The notes beneath the pieces are model-generated. The model was given only the letters and a program-made list of their open reading frames with translations, was not told the DNA's origin and did not search any database. Shown piece by piece: positions 7,115 through 16,311 of a stretch of 64,000 bases of DNA. The number at the start of each line of letters is the position of its first letter. Positions within the stretch are counted from its first letter, which is position 1. The DNA is from an uncultured Alphaproteobacteria bacterium (GTDB taxonomy: Bacteria; Pseudomonadota; Alphaproteobacteria; Micavibrionales; UBA2020). Position numbers and translations under genes: made by a program. The stretch spans positions 730,847-794,846 of the forward strand of contig CBIHNF010000001.1 in assembly GCA_966211335.1 (NCBI GenBank), written 5' to 3'.

Positions 7115-9588
7115 TCGCACGAGCAGGTACCGTACTGGTAGCCGCCACCGCCGGGAAGGGCGGCCGAACAGTTGGCCGTGTCGCTGTAGGTCGAGCAGGT
7201 GGTATTGGCTTGGATGGTGCGCGGCAGGGAACCACTGCCGCTGATGCTCTTCATCTTCCAGAAGTACAGGGTGATGAAGCATTCATTGTCATACGTTGTC
7301 CAGGCACCCCAAGTGCCGCTGCCGCAGTCATAGTCGCGGCGCTGGTTGTCCGCGCCCGTCATGCCGCTCGGGCACGTGGCGGCACGCGTTTCCGTTGCAC
7401 CCGCGCAGGTGCAATGGTCACCGCCGGGAATGGTCGCCCAAGCAGACCAGGAACCGCCGCTCCCGCCGCAGGTCCAGACCCGTTGCTGGCTCAGATAGCC
7501 TGAAAAAGCGGTGGGGCAGGAGGTGGTGCGGGTCTGCGGCGCCTGCGCGGCGCAGGTGCAGGTATTGGAAGGATATGTCGGCGTACCGAAGTATCCTGAT
7601 TTCAAATCCGCGTTGCAAAGCCAAGGCGTGACTTTGGTAATAGAGCCCGAGGTATAGGCCGAGCCGCAGGACAGGTATTCCGTTTTCGTATCCGGCACGC
7701 AGGTGCAAAGGTTGATGTCGTTGGTATAGCTATCGGTATCCGCGGGGCATGTATGCGTATGATGCCGCGTATGCGTGCCTGTAAAGCCGAAGGAAGGGCA
7801 ACCCAAGTTTTCATCCGTATCGATGGCGCTGCAGCTGCAAATGCCGCTTTCCCCGATTTTGCCCCACTGCCCATCGCTCTGGCACTGCCAGGTCTGGCCG
7901 TAGCTGATGCCCGAAACCGGGGTTGTGCCCACAATGGCACCCGGCAGCGCGCTAGGCAGCGTGAAGGTGTCGGGCACGCAAAGTGCGACCGTTCGCGTCG
8001 CGCATTTCAGCACGCTGGAGCAATGAATGGTGCCGTCAGCATTGATCGCGTCCATGATAGAGCCACTCGGGCAGGCGACGTTGACGGCGCTTGCCGTCGT
8101 GCAGTCGATGGCGTCATGCGAGAAGCCGACCGCAAAAGGCGGTTTCAGACCGCCGCAATTGTACTTGGGAGAGGCCGGCGACGCGCCCTTGGCGATTTCC
8201 GCGTTTGTGATGCAGGCGGTGCCGTCGTTCCGACAGACGTAATCGCCGACGGTGGTCGAAGTGTCGGTTTTGATGGTGCCGCGGGCATCCAGCGTCTGGG
8301 TGGGGCTCGACGTCTTGACGCCGATCTTGCCGGTGGATTCAGCATCCACCAGGTCGCGGATGTCATGGCCCGCGGGATCCGCGATGCGCCACAGCGGCGT
8401 ATCGGACGAGGCGTAGAATTTGATGACATCGTCATAGTGCGTGGCTTCGTTGGTCGCCTTGGTCGTCGAGCTGTAATTGGTGATTTTGAAAATTGCCTTG
8501 TTGCCGCCAGCGCAGTTGACGCCGTCCTTGGCGACGGCCGAGCACGGAACGCCGATTTTGCCGAAGTGCGTATAAGCGCCGGCACCGTCTTCGCCGCTGC
8601 TCATGATCACGAAGTGAACCTGACCGGAGCCGTTGTCCAGCTTGCGATAATCACCAGAGCCCGCCGTCGTTTCAACGTCGTCGATAACCGAAATGCCACC
8701 GCCGTTGCGGGTATAATCCGCGGCCGTGCGGGCCAGGGGCTCCGTCACCGCGTAGCGGATGCGGTTGTTATAGCCGTCATCCGCATAGCTTTCATCCATG
8801 CCAAGCGTGCGGAACGGCACGCCACCGACTCGCACACGCTGGAATGTGCCTGCGACCGGGCCCGTAGGCGGGCCGTAAAGCGCCGAGACGCGCATTCTCT
8901 TGAAGGTGCCGGAACACGGGTCGCCAAAGTTGGCGTTGGTCGCCGCGAAAGTGGCTGAGTTCAGCCCTAATACAATCCCCTCCACCACGGTTTTACTCGA
9001 CGTCGAATTGCACGCCCCAACGTTATAAGAGCCGCATATGCCGCTTGGCGTGCCGTAGGAAGCGAAAGTGATGCTCTGAATGACGTTACCCGGCGGTGCT
9101 GTCAGCGTAATATTGGTGTTTTCATCGCCTTCCCCGCAAAGAAGGTTCGAGCCCCCTACTGCCGTCTGGCTTTCCTGAATGTAGACACCGCTGCCAGTAT
9201 GAACGCCGGCTGCATTATAACTGGGCTGGAAGGTGCCGACCGCCTGGCCCGTAGCAGTACAGTCACCGGAAACCCCGAACTCCGGCTTATCGGGCGGAAC
9301 ATCGATGGGGGCGGGGCAGGGGTAATGGCCGTTACGCACGAGGTAATCGTTCAAGGCCTGAACCACCTGGCCGGTATTGGTGGTAGTGGTTATCTGTCTC
9401 TGGGTGCGGCTATAAATATTGTACGCCGAAATCAGCGATGCCATCACCAAGCTGAGGACGACGAGAACAATCGCGGTTTCAATCAGCGTATATCCTGCTT
9501 GGTGCCATTTACCCGTATTCAAGCGCGCAGGCGAAGTTGAATGCTGCTTAGACGAGCGACCAAAAAGGACCACGGGAATTCTCCACAC
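7111..9588 (-). CDS. giant prepilin-type protein with lectin-like domain and Cys-rich C-terminal modules (825 aa)
   Basis: ...KWHQAG|YTLIETAIVLVVLSL class III signal. The track start is GTG 9588. An in-frame TTG at 9522 would give a typical 10-aa leader (MNTGKWHQAG). GC3-rich codons throughout. Confidence 0.75.
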   Translation of the reverse strand: MWRIPVVLFGRSSKQHSTSPARLNTGKWHQAGYTLIETAIVLVVLSLVMASLISAYNIYSRTQRQITTTTNTGQVVQALNDYLVRNGHYPCPAPIDVPPDKPEFGVSGDCTATGQAVGTFQPSYNAAGVHTGSGVYIQESQTAVGGSNLLCGEGDENTNITLTAPPGNVIQSITFASYGTPSGICGSYNVGACNSTSSKTVVEGIVLGLNSATFAATNANFGDPCSGTFKRMRVSALYGPPTGPVAGTFQRVRVGGVPFRTLGMDESYADDGYNNRIRYAVTEPLARTAADYTRNGGGISVIDDVETTAGSGDYRKLDNGSGQVHFVIMSSGEDGAGAYTHFGKIGVPCSAVAKDGVNCAGGNKAIFKITNYSSTTKATNEATHYDDVIKFYASSDTPLWRIADPAGHDIRDLVDAESTGKIGVKTSSPTQTLDARGTIKTDTSTTVGDYVCRNDGTACITNAEIAKGASPASPKYNCGGLKPPFAVGFSHDAIDCTTASAVNVACPSGSIMDAINADGTIHCSSVLKCATRTVALCVPDTFTLPSALPGAIVGTTPVSGISYGQTWQCQSDGQWGKIGESGICSCSAIDTDENLGCPSFGFTGTHTRHHTHTCPADTDSYTNDINLCTCVPDTKTEYLSCGSAYTSGSITKVTPWLCNADLKSGYFGTPTYPSNTCTCAAQAPQTRTTSCPTAFSGYLSQQRVWTCGGSGGSWSAWATIPGGDHCTCAGATETRAATCPSGMTGADNQRRDYDCGSGTWGAWTTYDNECFITLYFWKMKSISGSGSLPRTIQANTTCSTYSDTANCSAALPGGGGYQYGTCSCE
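8872..9150 (-). other. SUEL/rhamnose-binding-lectin-like domain inside the 825-aa pilin-like protein (aa 147-239)
   Basis: The motifs FASYGTPSGIC ... FGDPCSGTFKRMRVSALY follow Gal_Lectin hallmark spacing. Confidence 0.6.
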
Positions 9589-9745
9589 AACTTGAAACTA
9601 CCACGCAAAAAGCGAGCAGGCCTCAATACACCAATATTAACTCTACAGAGCAAAGGTAAAGAAGCCCTTAAACCCGAACGGGTCGCTCCATCTCATTGAA
9701 TTGTATATTCAAAAGAGTATCTCCGCAACGCCTTGCGGAATCGGG

Positions 9746-10888
9746 TCAGGCGTTCAAAAACCAACCCGAGAGAATCCGGAAATATATTTCCTTAAGCTTT
9801 GTCATGTCATCGACGGCAACGCGCTCATCCGTTTTATGCATGGTCTGGCCGACGATGCCGAATTCGACGACAGGGCAGTGGTTGCGGATAAAGCGCGCGT
9901 CGGAGGTGCCGCCGGTGGTGCTGAGTTCGGCCTCCCGGCCCGTGACGTCCTTGATGGCCTTTTGCACCATCTCCGAGAGTTTGCCGGGCGGGGTGTAGAA
10001 GCTTTCGCCGCCGGTGCGGGTCGTCAGGGAATAGGGAATTTTTTGCGCGTCCAGCGTCTCGCGCAGCTTCTTCTCAAGGCTCGCGCCCGTATAGCTGTCG
10101 TTGAAGCGCACGTTGAACACGGCCTTTGCCGCCCGAGGAATGATATTTTCGGCGGTGTTGCCGATGTCGATATTTACAACTTCAAGATTGGACGGCTGGA
10201 AATGGGCGGTGCCCTTGTCCAGCTCCAGCCCGTCAATCGCCTGCAGCAGCGTCATCAGCTTCGGGATCGGGTTATCGGCGAGATGCGGATAGGCCACATG
10301 GCCCTGTACGCCTTCAACGCTTAAATACCCGGTAAAGGTGCCCCTGCGACCGATTTTCATCATGTCACCCAGCTGCTCGCGCGATGTCGGTTCGCCGACG
10401 ATACAGAAATCGATTTTTTCCCCGCGCGCGGCCAGCCAGTCCAGCACCTTTTTCGTGCCATTGACGGAGGGGCCTTCTTCATCGCCTGTGATGAGGAAGC
10501 TGATGGAGCCTTTGGGGTTCTGCGCCTTGATGTAATCAATCGCGGCGGCGGCGAAGCAGGCGATGGGGCCTTTCATATCGGCCGCGCCGCGCCCGCAGAC
10601 AAAGCCGTCCTTGATCTCGCCGCCGAAAGGGTCGAAGCTCCAGCTGGCTTCCGCGCCGACCGGCACCACATCCGTATGGCCCGCAAAGCAGATATGCGGC
10701 GCGGCTTTCCCCCAGCGGGCATAAAGGTTTTCAACGTCCGGCGTATCGACGTCGGAGAAGGTGAGGCGGTGGCATTCAAAGCCGTTTTCTTCCAGCAGCT
10801 TTTGCAGCAGCGTGATCGCGCCGCCCTCGGCCGGCGTCACGCTGGGGCAGCGCAGGAGATCCTGCAGGAGTTTTACAGGATCGGTCAT
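9746..10888 (-). CDS. dapE: succinyl-diaminopimelate desuccinylase
   Basis: 380 aa, M20 peptidase. LLRCPSVTPAEGGA and ICFAGHTDVVP motifs. Adjacent to dapD. Confidence 0.9.
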   Translation of the reverse strand: MTDPVKLLQDLLRCPSVTPAEGGAITLLQKLLEENGFECHRLTFSDVDTPDVENLYARWGKAAPHICFAGHTDVVPVGAEASWSFDPFGGEIKDGFVCGRGAADMKGPIACFAAAAIDYIKAQNPKGSISFLITGDEEGPSVNGTKKVLDWLAARGEKIDFCIVGEPTSREQLGDMMKIGRRGTFTGYLSVEGVQGHVAYPHLADNPIPKLMTLLQAIDGLELDKGTAHFQPSNLEVVNIDIGNTAENIIPRAAKAVFNVRFNDSYTGASLEKKLRETLDAQKIPYSLTTRTGGESFYTPPGKLSEMVQKAIKDVTGREAELSTTGGTSDARFIRNHCPVVEFGIVGQTMHKTDERVAVDDMTKLKEIYFRILSGWFLNA

Positions 10889-10893
10889 GCGGA

Positions 10894-11739
10894 TTAATCC
10901 CTGAGCAATTCGTTGATGCCGGTTTTGGAGCGCGTCTGCGCATCGACGCGTTTCACGATGACGGCGCAGTAAAGCCCCGGGCCGGGGGTGCCGTCCGGCA
11001 ACGGTTTGCCGGGCGTGGTGCCGGCGACGACGACGGAATAGGCGGGCACGCGGCCCGTGAAAACCTCGCCTGTCGCGCGGTCGATGATTTTGGTGGAAGC
11101 GCCAAGGTAGACGCCCATGGACAGCACCGCGCCTTCTTCAATGATAACGCCTTCGGCTACTTCCGAGCGCGCACCGATAAAGCAGTTGTCTTCAATAATG
11201 ACGGGGTTCGCCTGCAGGGGTTCCAAAACGCCCCCAATGCCGACGCCGCCCGAGATATGGCAGTTCTTGCCAACTTGTGCGCAGGAGCCGATGGTGACCC
11301 AGGTGTCGACCATGGTGCCTTCGCCGACATAAGCGCCGACGTTGACGAAGGATGGCATCAGCACCGCTTTCGGGGCAATAAACGCAGAGGGGCGCACGAC
11401 AGCGCCCGGCACCGCGCGGTAGCCGCCGGCCTTGAAGGCAGCTTCATCCATGCCCTCGAACTTCGAGCCCATTTTGTCGTACCAGGTGGAGCCTGCAACG
11501 CCGCCCTTCACAGGCGCGTTATCGTTGAAGCGGAAAGAAAGGAGAATGGCTTTCTTCAGCCACTGGTGCGTGACCCAAGCACCGTCAATTTTTTCCGAGA
11601 CGCGCAGCGTGCCGGCGCCCAAGAGCGCCATGATATCCTCGACCGTCTTCTTGCCGATCAGCTTCATCTTGTCGGTCAGCTGTTCGCGGCCGTCCCAGAC
11701 GTTGTTGATGGCGTTTTCAAGATCGGCGTAGTCGGACAT
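10894..11739 (-). CDS. dapD: 2,3,4,5-tetrahydropyridine-2,6-dicarboxylate N-succinyltransferase
   Basis: 281 aa. Hexapeptide-repeat C-terminal half. Typical DapD length and dapE synteny. Confidence 0.9.
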   Translation of the reverse strand: MSDYADLENAINNVWDGREQLTDKMKLIGKKTVEDIMALLGAGTLRVSEKIDGAWVTHQWLKKAILLSFRFNDNAPVKGGVAGSTWYDKMGSKFEGMDEAAFKAGGYRAVPGAVVRPSAFIAPKAVLMPSFVNVGAYVGEGTMVDTWVTIGSCAQVGKNCHISGGVGIGGVLEPLQANPVIIEDNCFIGARSEVAEGVIIEEGAVLSMGVYLGASTKIIDRATGEVFTGRVPAYSVVVAGTTPGKPLPDGTPGPGLYCAVIVKRVDAQTRSKTGINELLRD

Positions 11740-11753
11740 GATATGGCGGCCTT

Positions 11754-12422
11754 TCAGGCAGGTTTTTGGATATTGGCGAGGAACCAGTCGGGCAGTTTTT
11801 CCGCCTTCTGGTGGACGTGCGGGTGGTTGAGGTCTTCCGGCGCGACGTTCTTGCCGTGGAACCAGACCGTCGACATGCCGAGCTCATGCGCAGGGCGCAG
11901 ATTGATTTCAAGGTCCTCGAACATGCAGGCCTTTGCCGGTTCCACGTTGTGGCGCTTCAAAAACGTGTGATAGGTGTCGATCTTCGGTTTCGGCCAGTAA
12001 GCGGCGTCTTCAATCGCGAAGATATCTTCGAAATGGTGGCGGATGCCAAGGTGCTGCGTCATTGCTTCCGCAAAGGCCTTTGGCGCATTGGTGAAAACGA
12101 AGCGGCGGCCGGGCAGGTGGGCGAGCGATTCTTGCGTCACCTTGCAGGGCGGCACGACGGAGATGTCGATGTCGTGCACATGCTCGAGAAAATGATAGGG
12201 GTCGATGCCGTGTTCGGTCATGAGGCCGCGCAGCGTCGTGCCATAGGTTTTGTAGTAGTGCTTGCGCAGGCGCCCTGCTTCTTCGCGCTCCACCTTCAGG
12301 TGGTTTTGCACGAAATCGGTCATGCGGTTGCCGACTTCGACGAAGACATGGCTCTCCGCGTCATAGAGCGTGTTGTCGAGGTCAAAGACCCAAGCGTTGG
12401 TGCGGGAAAGAAGGCCGGTCAT
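11754..12422 (-). CDS. HAD-superfamily hydrolase (pyrimidine 5'-nucleotidase-like)
   Basis: Motif I is [10 protein letters not shown]. Start set at ATG 12422, because the track extension would overlap recR (ends 12433). Confidence 0.75.
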   Translation of the reverse strand: MTGLLSRTNAWVFDLDNTLYDAESHVFVEVGNRMTDFVQNHLKVEREEAGRLRKHYYKTYGTTLRGLMTEHGIDPYHFLEHVHDIDISVVPPCKVTQESLAHLPGRRFVFTNAPKAFAEAMTQHLGIRHHFEDIFAIEDAAYWPKPKIDTYHTFLKRHNVEPAKACMFEDLEINLRPAHELGMSTVWFHGKNVAPEDLNHPHVHQKAEKLPDWFLANIQKPA

Positions 12423-12432
12423 GATGGTGAGC

Positions 12433-13026
12433 TTAGACAGCCTTTCTGGATTTGAGCGCGGTCGCAAGGGTGCCTTCGTCAAGGTAATCGATCTGGCCGC
12501 CGATGGGCACGCCATGCGCCAGCTGCGTGACTTTCACGCCCGTGGCGGCAAGGCAGTCGGCGATGTAATGCGCCGTCGTCTGCCCGTCGATGGTGGCGTT
12601 AAGGGCGAGGATGACTTCGCGCGCGCCCCGCGTCTTCACGCGTTCGACAAGATGGGGGATGGACAGGTCTTCAGGGCCGATACCATCCAGCGCCGAAAGC
12701 GTGCCGCCAAGGACGTGGTAATAACCCTTAAAGCCGCCCGTCTTCTCAACCGCCCAGAGGTCCGAGACGTCTTCGACGACGCAGAAGACAGCGGTATCGC
12801 GCGCAGCGCTAGAGCAGATGGCGCAAGGCTTTTGCGTATCAAGGCTGTGGCATTCGGGGCATTCTTCAATCACTTCGGCCGCGCGGGCAAGCGCCTGCGC
12901 CAGCGGCAGCATCAGGCTCTCCCGGCTTTTCAGCAGGTGCAGCGCGGCTCTGCGGCCGGAGCGCGGGCCCATGCCCGGCAGGCGGGCGATGAGCTTCATC
13001 AGATGTTCGATTTCGGTCCCGATCAT
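12433..13026 (-). CDS. recR: recombination protein RecR
   Basis: 197 aa. [21 protein letters not shown] HhH motif, [16 protein letters not shown] zinc finger, Toprim region. Confidence 0.92.
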   Translation of the reverse strand: MIGTEIEHLMKLIARLPGMGPRSGRRAALHLLKSRESLMLPLAQALARAAEVIEECPECHSLDTQKPCAICSSAARDTAVFCVVEDVSDLWAVEKTGGFKGYYHVLGGTLSALDGIGPEDLSIPHLVERVKTRGAREVILALNATIDGQTTAHYIADCLAATGVKVTQLAHGVPIGGQIDYLDEGTLATALKSRKAV

Positions 13027-13089
13027 GGGCTTGAGTATAGGCCGCCAAAACGCCTTTTTCCAGAGAATTAGGGGAAAAGAGAAGGCGCG

Positions 13090-13806
13090 TTAGCCGCCGA
13101 AAGCATCACTGAAAATAAAGTCTTTTTCCGCGCCTTGCGCCAGCAGCAGCGGCAGGGTCGCCTCCACCATGGCGGCGGGGCCAGCCATGTAGATATTGAA
13201 CCCAGTCAGGTCGGGCATATCCGCCGTGACTGCCGCACCGATATACCCGCTGCGCCGCCCGGCGGCTTCGCCATGGGCGATCACGGGAATATAACGGAAG
13301 GCGGGCTTGCCAGCGGCAAGGTCATTGAAGAAAGCATCAAGGTAGAGATGCGCCTCATCGCGCACGCCCCAGTAAAGCGTGACACGCACATCGCCGGTTT
13401 TATGCGCCAGCTGCGCCTCGATCACGGCTTTCAGCGGCGCAATGCCGACGCCGCCGGCCAGCGCCAGCAGCGGACGTGTGGACGGACGCCAGTAATGGTC
13501 GCCAAAAGGCGCTTCAAGCGTGACAGCATCGCCTTTTTTCAAGCTGGTAAAGACGGCATTGGAAAAACCGCGGTGGCTGTTCTTGATGTGGAATTCCAAA
13601 ACGGGCTGGTGCGGCGCGGAAGCGATAGAAAACGCGCGCGGCTCCAGACCCTCAAGGCTCAAGTGTGCATATTGCCCGGCCAGAAAATCGAGCGCCGCGC
13701 CGCCCGGCAGCGCAAGCCGCAGGATGCGCGTATCGGCGGCGATATCCTCGATCGATGCGACGTGGGCGATATGCGTTGAGGCGGCGGGCAAGCGGGCATC
13801 CTGCAA
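13090..13806 (-). CDS. FNR-like FAD/NAD(P)H oxidoreductase
   Basis: RAFSIAS (RxYS-type FAD site) and LALAGGVGIAPL (NAD(P)-binding) motifs. 238 aa. Confidence 0.75.
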   Translation of the reverse strand: MQDARLPAASTHIAHVASIEDIAADTRILRLALPGGAALDFLAGQYAHLSLEGLEPRAFSIASAPHQPVLEFHIKNSHRGFSNAVFTSLKKGDAVTLEAPFGDHYWRPSTRPLLALAGGVGIAPLKAVIEAQLAHKTGDVRVTLYWGVRDEAHLYLDAFFNDLAAGKPAFRYIPVIAHGEAAGRRSGYIGAAVTADMPDLTGFNIYMAGPAAMVEATLPLLLAQGAEKDFIFSDAFGG

Positions 13807-13890
13807 GGGTGAAAAAGGGGCTGAAAAATGCTTCGGGCCTGTCTCCCTGAAATGGGGGACGGGCCCGAAAAAGTCAAGAATTAAAGAGAT

Positions 13891-15330
13891 TTAGGCCGGA
13901 GCTACCGCATTTTTGGCGGGTTTCGCTTCCTTCGGCACAATGGCGGCCGGCGTTTCTTTCGCAGCAGCGATTGTCACCGCTGGCAGCTTCAAACCGTCAT
14001 TCGCCTTGTCGGCGGTGCGCAGGAAGCCTTCGATCTCGGCGTATTTTTTCGGCTCTGACGGGGTTGTGTCGTCTTTGCCAAGGGAGGAGCGGATCATGCC
14101 GGCCGAGGTTTCATCGACGGCAATCGCGCCGCTCTTGATACCATCACGCAGGGCGGTGATGCCTTTTTGCAGTTCGGGGTCGCCTTTGGCAGCCTCGATC
14201 TTCTTGTCGAGGAAGCCTTCGAGACCTTCAAGCGCTTTCGGCGCTTCGGTCTTGGCGGTTTCAGCAGGCGGCGCGTCGGCAGTGGTTTCCTGCTTTGGCG
14301 CGTCCTGTTTCGGCGCTTCCGTCTCGGGTTTCTTGTCGGTCGCGGCGAATTTGCTGTTCGACAGGTCAATCGGGCCCTGCTCGGCGGCAGAGGCGCCAAC
14401 GACCAGCTGGTCAGCGGTCGCCGAACTCTTCTGCGCTTCAAACTGGGCGAGTTTTTCGTAAACGGCGCTACCTTCGGGCGGCGCAAAGTTTGCAACGCCA
14501 AGGCCCTGCTTTTTCGCTTCCAGCCACATCATTTCTTTTTGCGCATCGTTACCGTAGACGTTGACCGCTTTCCAGCCGCGCTGGCGGGCTGCCGCCATGA
14601 CGCCATGGGCGTCGACTTCGTCAAAATTCTTGGAGCGGTTCGGCATGCCGATGAATTCAGCGCCGCCGAGGTTGGCGTGCCATTCAATCGCGTGGTTGTT
14701 CTGCAGTTCGAAAACGAGGCCGCCTTTGTGCGGATAAACCTTGCCTTCCGGCCCCAGCGCACGCGCCAGTTCCGCGTCCAGCTGGAAGTCGGGATCCGGC
14801 CAGACTTCACGCATTTTTGCGAGGGAGTCGGGGTGCACAGCGAGGTTGGTCGCAAAGCGCGACTGCTGCAGCTGCTCGTTGTCGATCGGCGTATCGGCGG
14901 TCGGCGCGGTTTGCTGTTGCGGCTGCGCAGGCTTGTTTGCATTCGCTTCCGCTTCTTTTTTCTTGCGGATTTCCTCTTCCGTTTCGGCAACGGGGGCGGC
15001 GGGCGCATCGCCGTCTTTCTTTTCTGCTTTTTCTTCAGCCGGCGGCGCGGTGTTCAGCGGCGCATCGGCCTTTTTCTCTTCCACCGGCGCCGTCGCATTC
15101 GCGGCGGGCGGCGTCACGGGGTCGGCTTTCTTTTCTTCCGCGGTCGCGGTGGCGGTCGAGCCTTCGGCCGAGGGTGCGGTCGCCTTCAGGTCGACCGCAG
15201 GGGTGACTTCGTCGGCATTGCGGACGCCCTGAACCGGGTCTTCCTTCGCTGAGGTGAATTTCGTGTCGGGAGGGGTCACCGGTGCGTCATTTTTGGCGGT
15301 GTCGGCGGGTTGCTTCACATCATCAGCCAT
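13891..15330 (-). CDS. hypothetical protein, Ala/Pro/Glu/Lys-rich disordered arms around a folded core
   Basis: Longest of many overlapping ORFs. GC3-rich codons. GGGATGAGG upstream of the ATG. EEKKAD-type low-complexity repeats. Confidence 0.6.
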   Translation of the reverse strand: MADDVKQPADTAKNDAPVTPPDTKFTSAKEDPVQGVRNADEVTPAVDLKATAPSAEGSTATATAEEKKADPVTPPAANATAPVEEKKADAPLNTAPPAEEKAEKKDGDAPAAPVAETEEEIRKKKEAEANANKPAQPQQQTAPTADTPIDNEQLQQSRFATNLAVHPDSLAKMREVWPDPDFQLDAELARALGPEGKVYPHKGGLVFELQNNHAIEWHANLGGAEFIGMPNRSKNFDEVDAHGVMAAARQRGWKAVNVYGNDAQKEMMWLEAKKQGLGVANFAPPEGSAVYEKLAQFEAQKSSATADQLVVGASAAEQGPIDLSNSKFAATDKKPETEAPKQDAPKQETTADAPPAETAKTEAPKALEGLEGFLDKKIEAAKGDPELQKGITALRDGIKSGAIAVDETSAGMIRSSLGKDDTTPSEPKKYAEIEGFLRTADKANDGLKLPAVTIAAAKETPAAIVPKEAKPAKNAVAPA

Positions 15331-15390
15331 TAAAAAACCTCATCCCTTGAACAAAGAGTTAACGTGTTCTTAATCTTTAGTGTTCTTATA

Positions 15391-15419
15391 AGTATATCCA
15401 AGTTTTCGTAATTAGGCAA
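15391..15419 (-). promoter_or_regulatory. sigma70-like promoter for the 13891-15330 gene
   Basis: On the minus strand: TTGCCT, 17-nt spacer, TATACT. About 60 nt upstream of the ATG. Confidence 0.4.
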
Positions 15420-15453
15420 GAAAACGCGGATTACCCTTTATCTTCAAACACTT

Positions 15454-16161
15454 CTAGCGATTGTACCGCGGATTTTTTGCTTCCGGATCGTAGTAATGGA
15501 AGAGTTCGCTGTCGATATCGATTCCCGTTTGCGCTTCCAGCAGCTCGACTTCCGTCACCTGACCCTGGCCGTCAACGACGCGCCATTTTTTCAGCTGCAT
15601 CGGCTTCTCGGAAAACCCAAGCGTCAGGGAACCGGCAAGGCCGTCTTTCGCCTCCACGACGGTGAGATACAGCATGCCGTTGTCGCGGCGGAGATCCGAG
15701 ACGCGCACATCGCCGGACAATTTCAGGTTTTTGCGCAGGAAGAAATCGGCAAGTGATTTGCTGATGGGGGCGGAGGACGCCTGTTTCATCTGGCCGTCGT
15801 AATAGTGAATCTGCAGCCCATCGGCCACAATCAGGTCTGTCACCGGCTTGTCGTACTCGAAACGCAACCGGCCGGGGCGCTTCATATAGAAGTCGCCGGT
15901 GGTCGATTTGCCGTCATTCGCCGTCTGCAGGAAGCGCGCCTTCATGGTGTGGATGCTGTTCAGGTACTGCTCGACAGCCGCAATCTCCGCTTCACCGGGC
16001 TGCGGCGCATCGGGGTTCCCCACATCGGGCGCACTGCGCACGGCTGGTTTTTCTTCCTGCTGCTGTTGCTGGCCCATGATGCTGCCGACCTGCGCGGAAG
16101 CAGGCGTTGCGGCGATGGCGGCCAGAAGGGCGGCGAGGGAAAGGAAGGGGCGAAGGCGCAT
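15454..16161 (-). CDS. lolA: outer-membrane lipoprotein carrier protein LolA
   Basis: Signal peptide ...ATPASAQ. The segment KRPGRLRFEYDKPVTDLIVADG is typical of LolA. Adjacent to ftsK, as in many proteobacteria. Confidence 0.85.
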   Translation of the reverse strand: MRLRPFLSLAALLAAIAATPASAQVGSIMGQQQQQEEKPAVRSAPDVGNPDAPQPGEAEIAAVEQYLNSIHTMKARFLQTANDGKSTTGDFYMKRPGRLRFEYDKPVTDLIVADGLQIHYYDGQMKQASSAPISKSLADFFLRKNLKLSGDVRVSDLRRDNGMLYLTVVEAKDGLAGSLTLGFSEKPMQLKKWRVVDGQGQVTEVELLEAQTGIDIDSELFHYYDPEAKNPRYNR

Positions 16162-16311
16162 GGTGTTAATATCCTGTCGTTTTAAAAACTAACCTCAACA
16201 TAGGCTGATCGCGCGAAAAGCCCAGTGAATTTATAGCAATGCGGCAGCAAGGCTCTCTATAGCCTTGCACGTTATATATAGCCAAACCCTGCCGGTTAAA
16301 TTTTTACAGCG

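Noticed and set aside
5945-7282. N-terminal extensions in the ORF track (this ORF, plus 11754-12515, 21653-22147, 28493-29575, 33543-34043, 35154-36440, 39861-40277, 54093-54560 and 56236-58200).
   Set aside because: The extensions overlap upstream genes or lack an RBS. Internal ATGs with SD sequences yield proper signal peptides or family-typical N-termini, so shorter coordinates were used.
4691-9588. A shufflon-type invertible system for the pilin-like adhesins, by analogy with IncI PilV.
   Set aside because: The variants are separate complete genes in one orientation. I saw no short inverted crossover repeats and no Rci-like recombinase.
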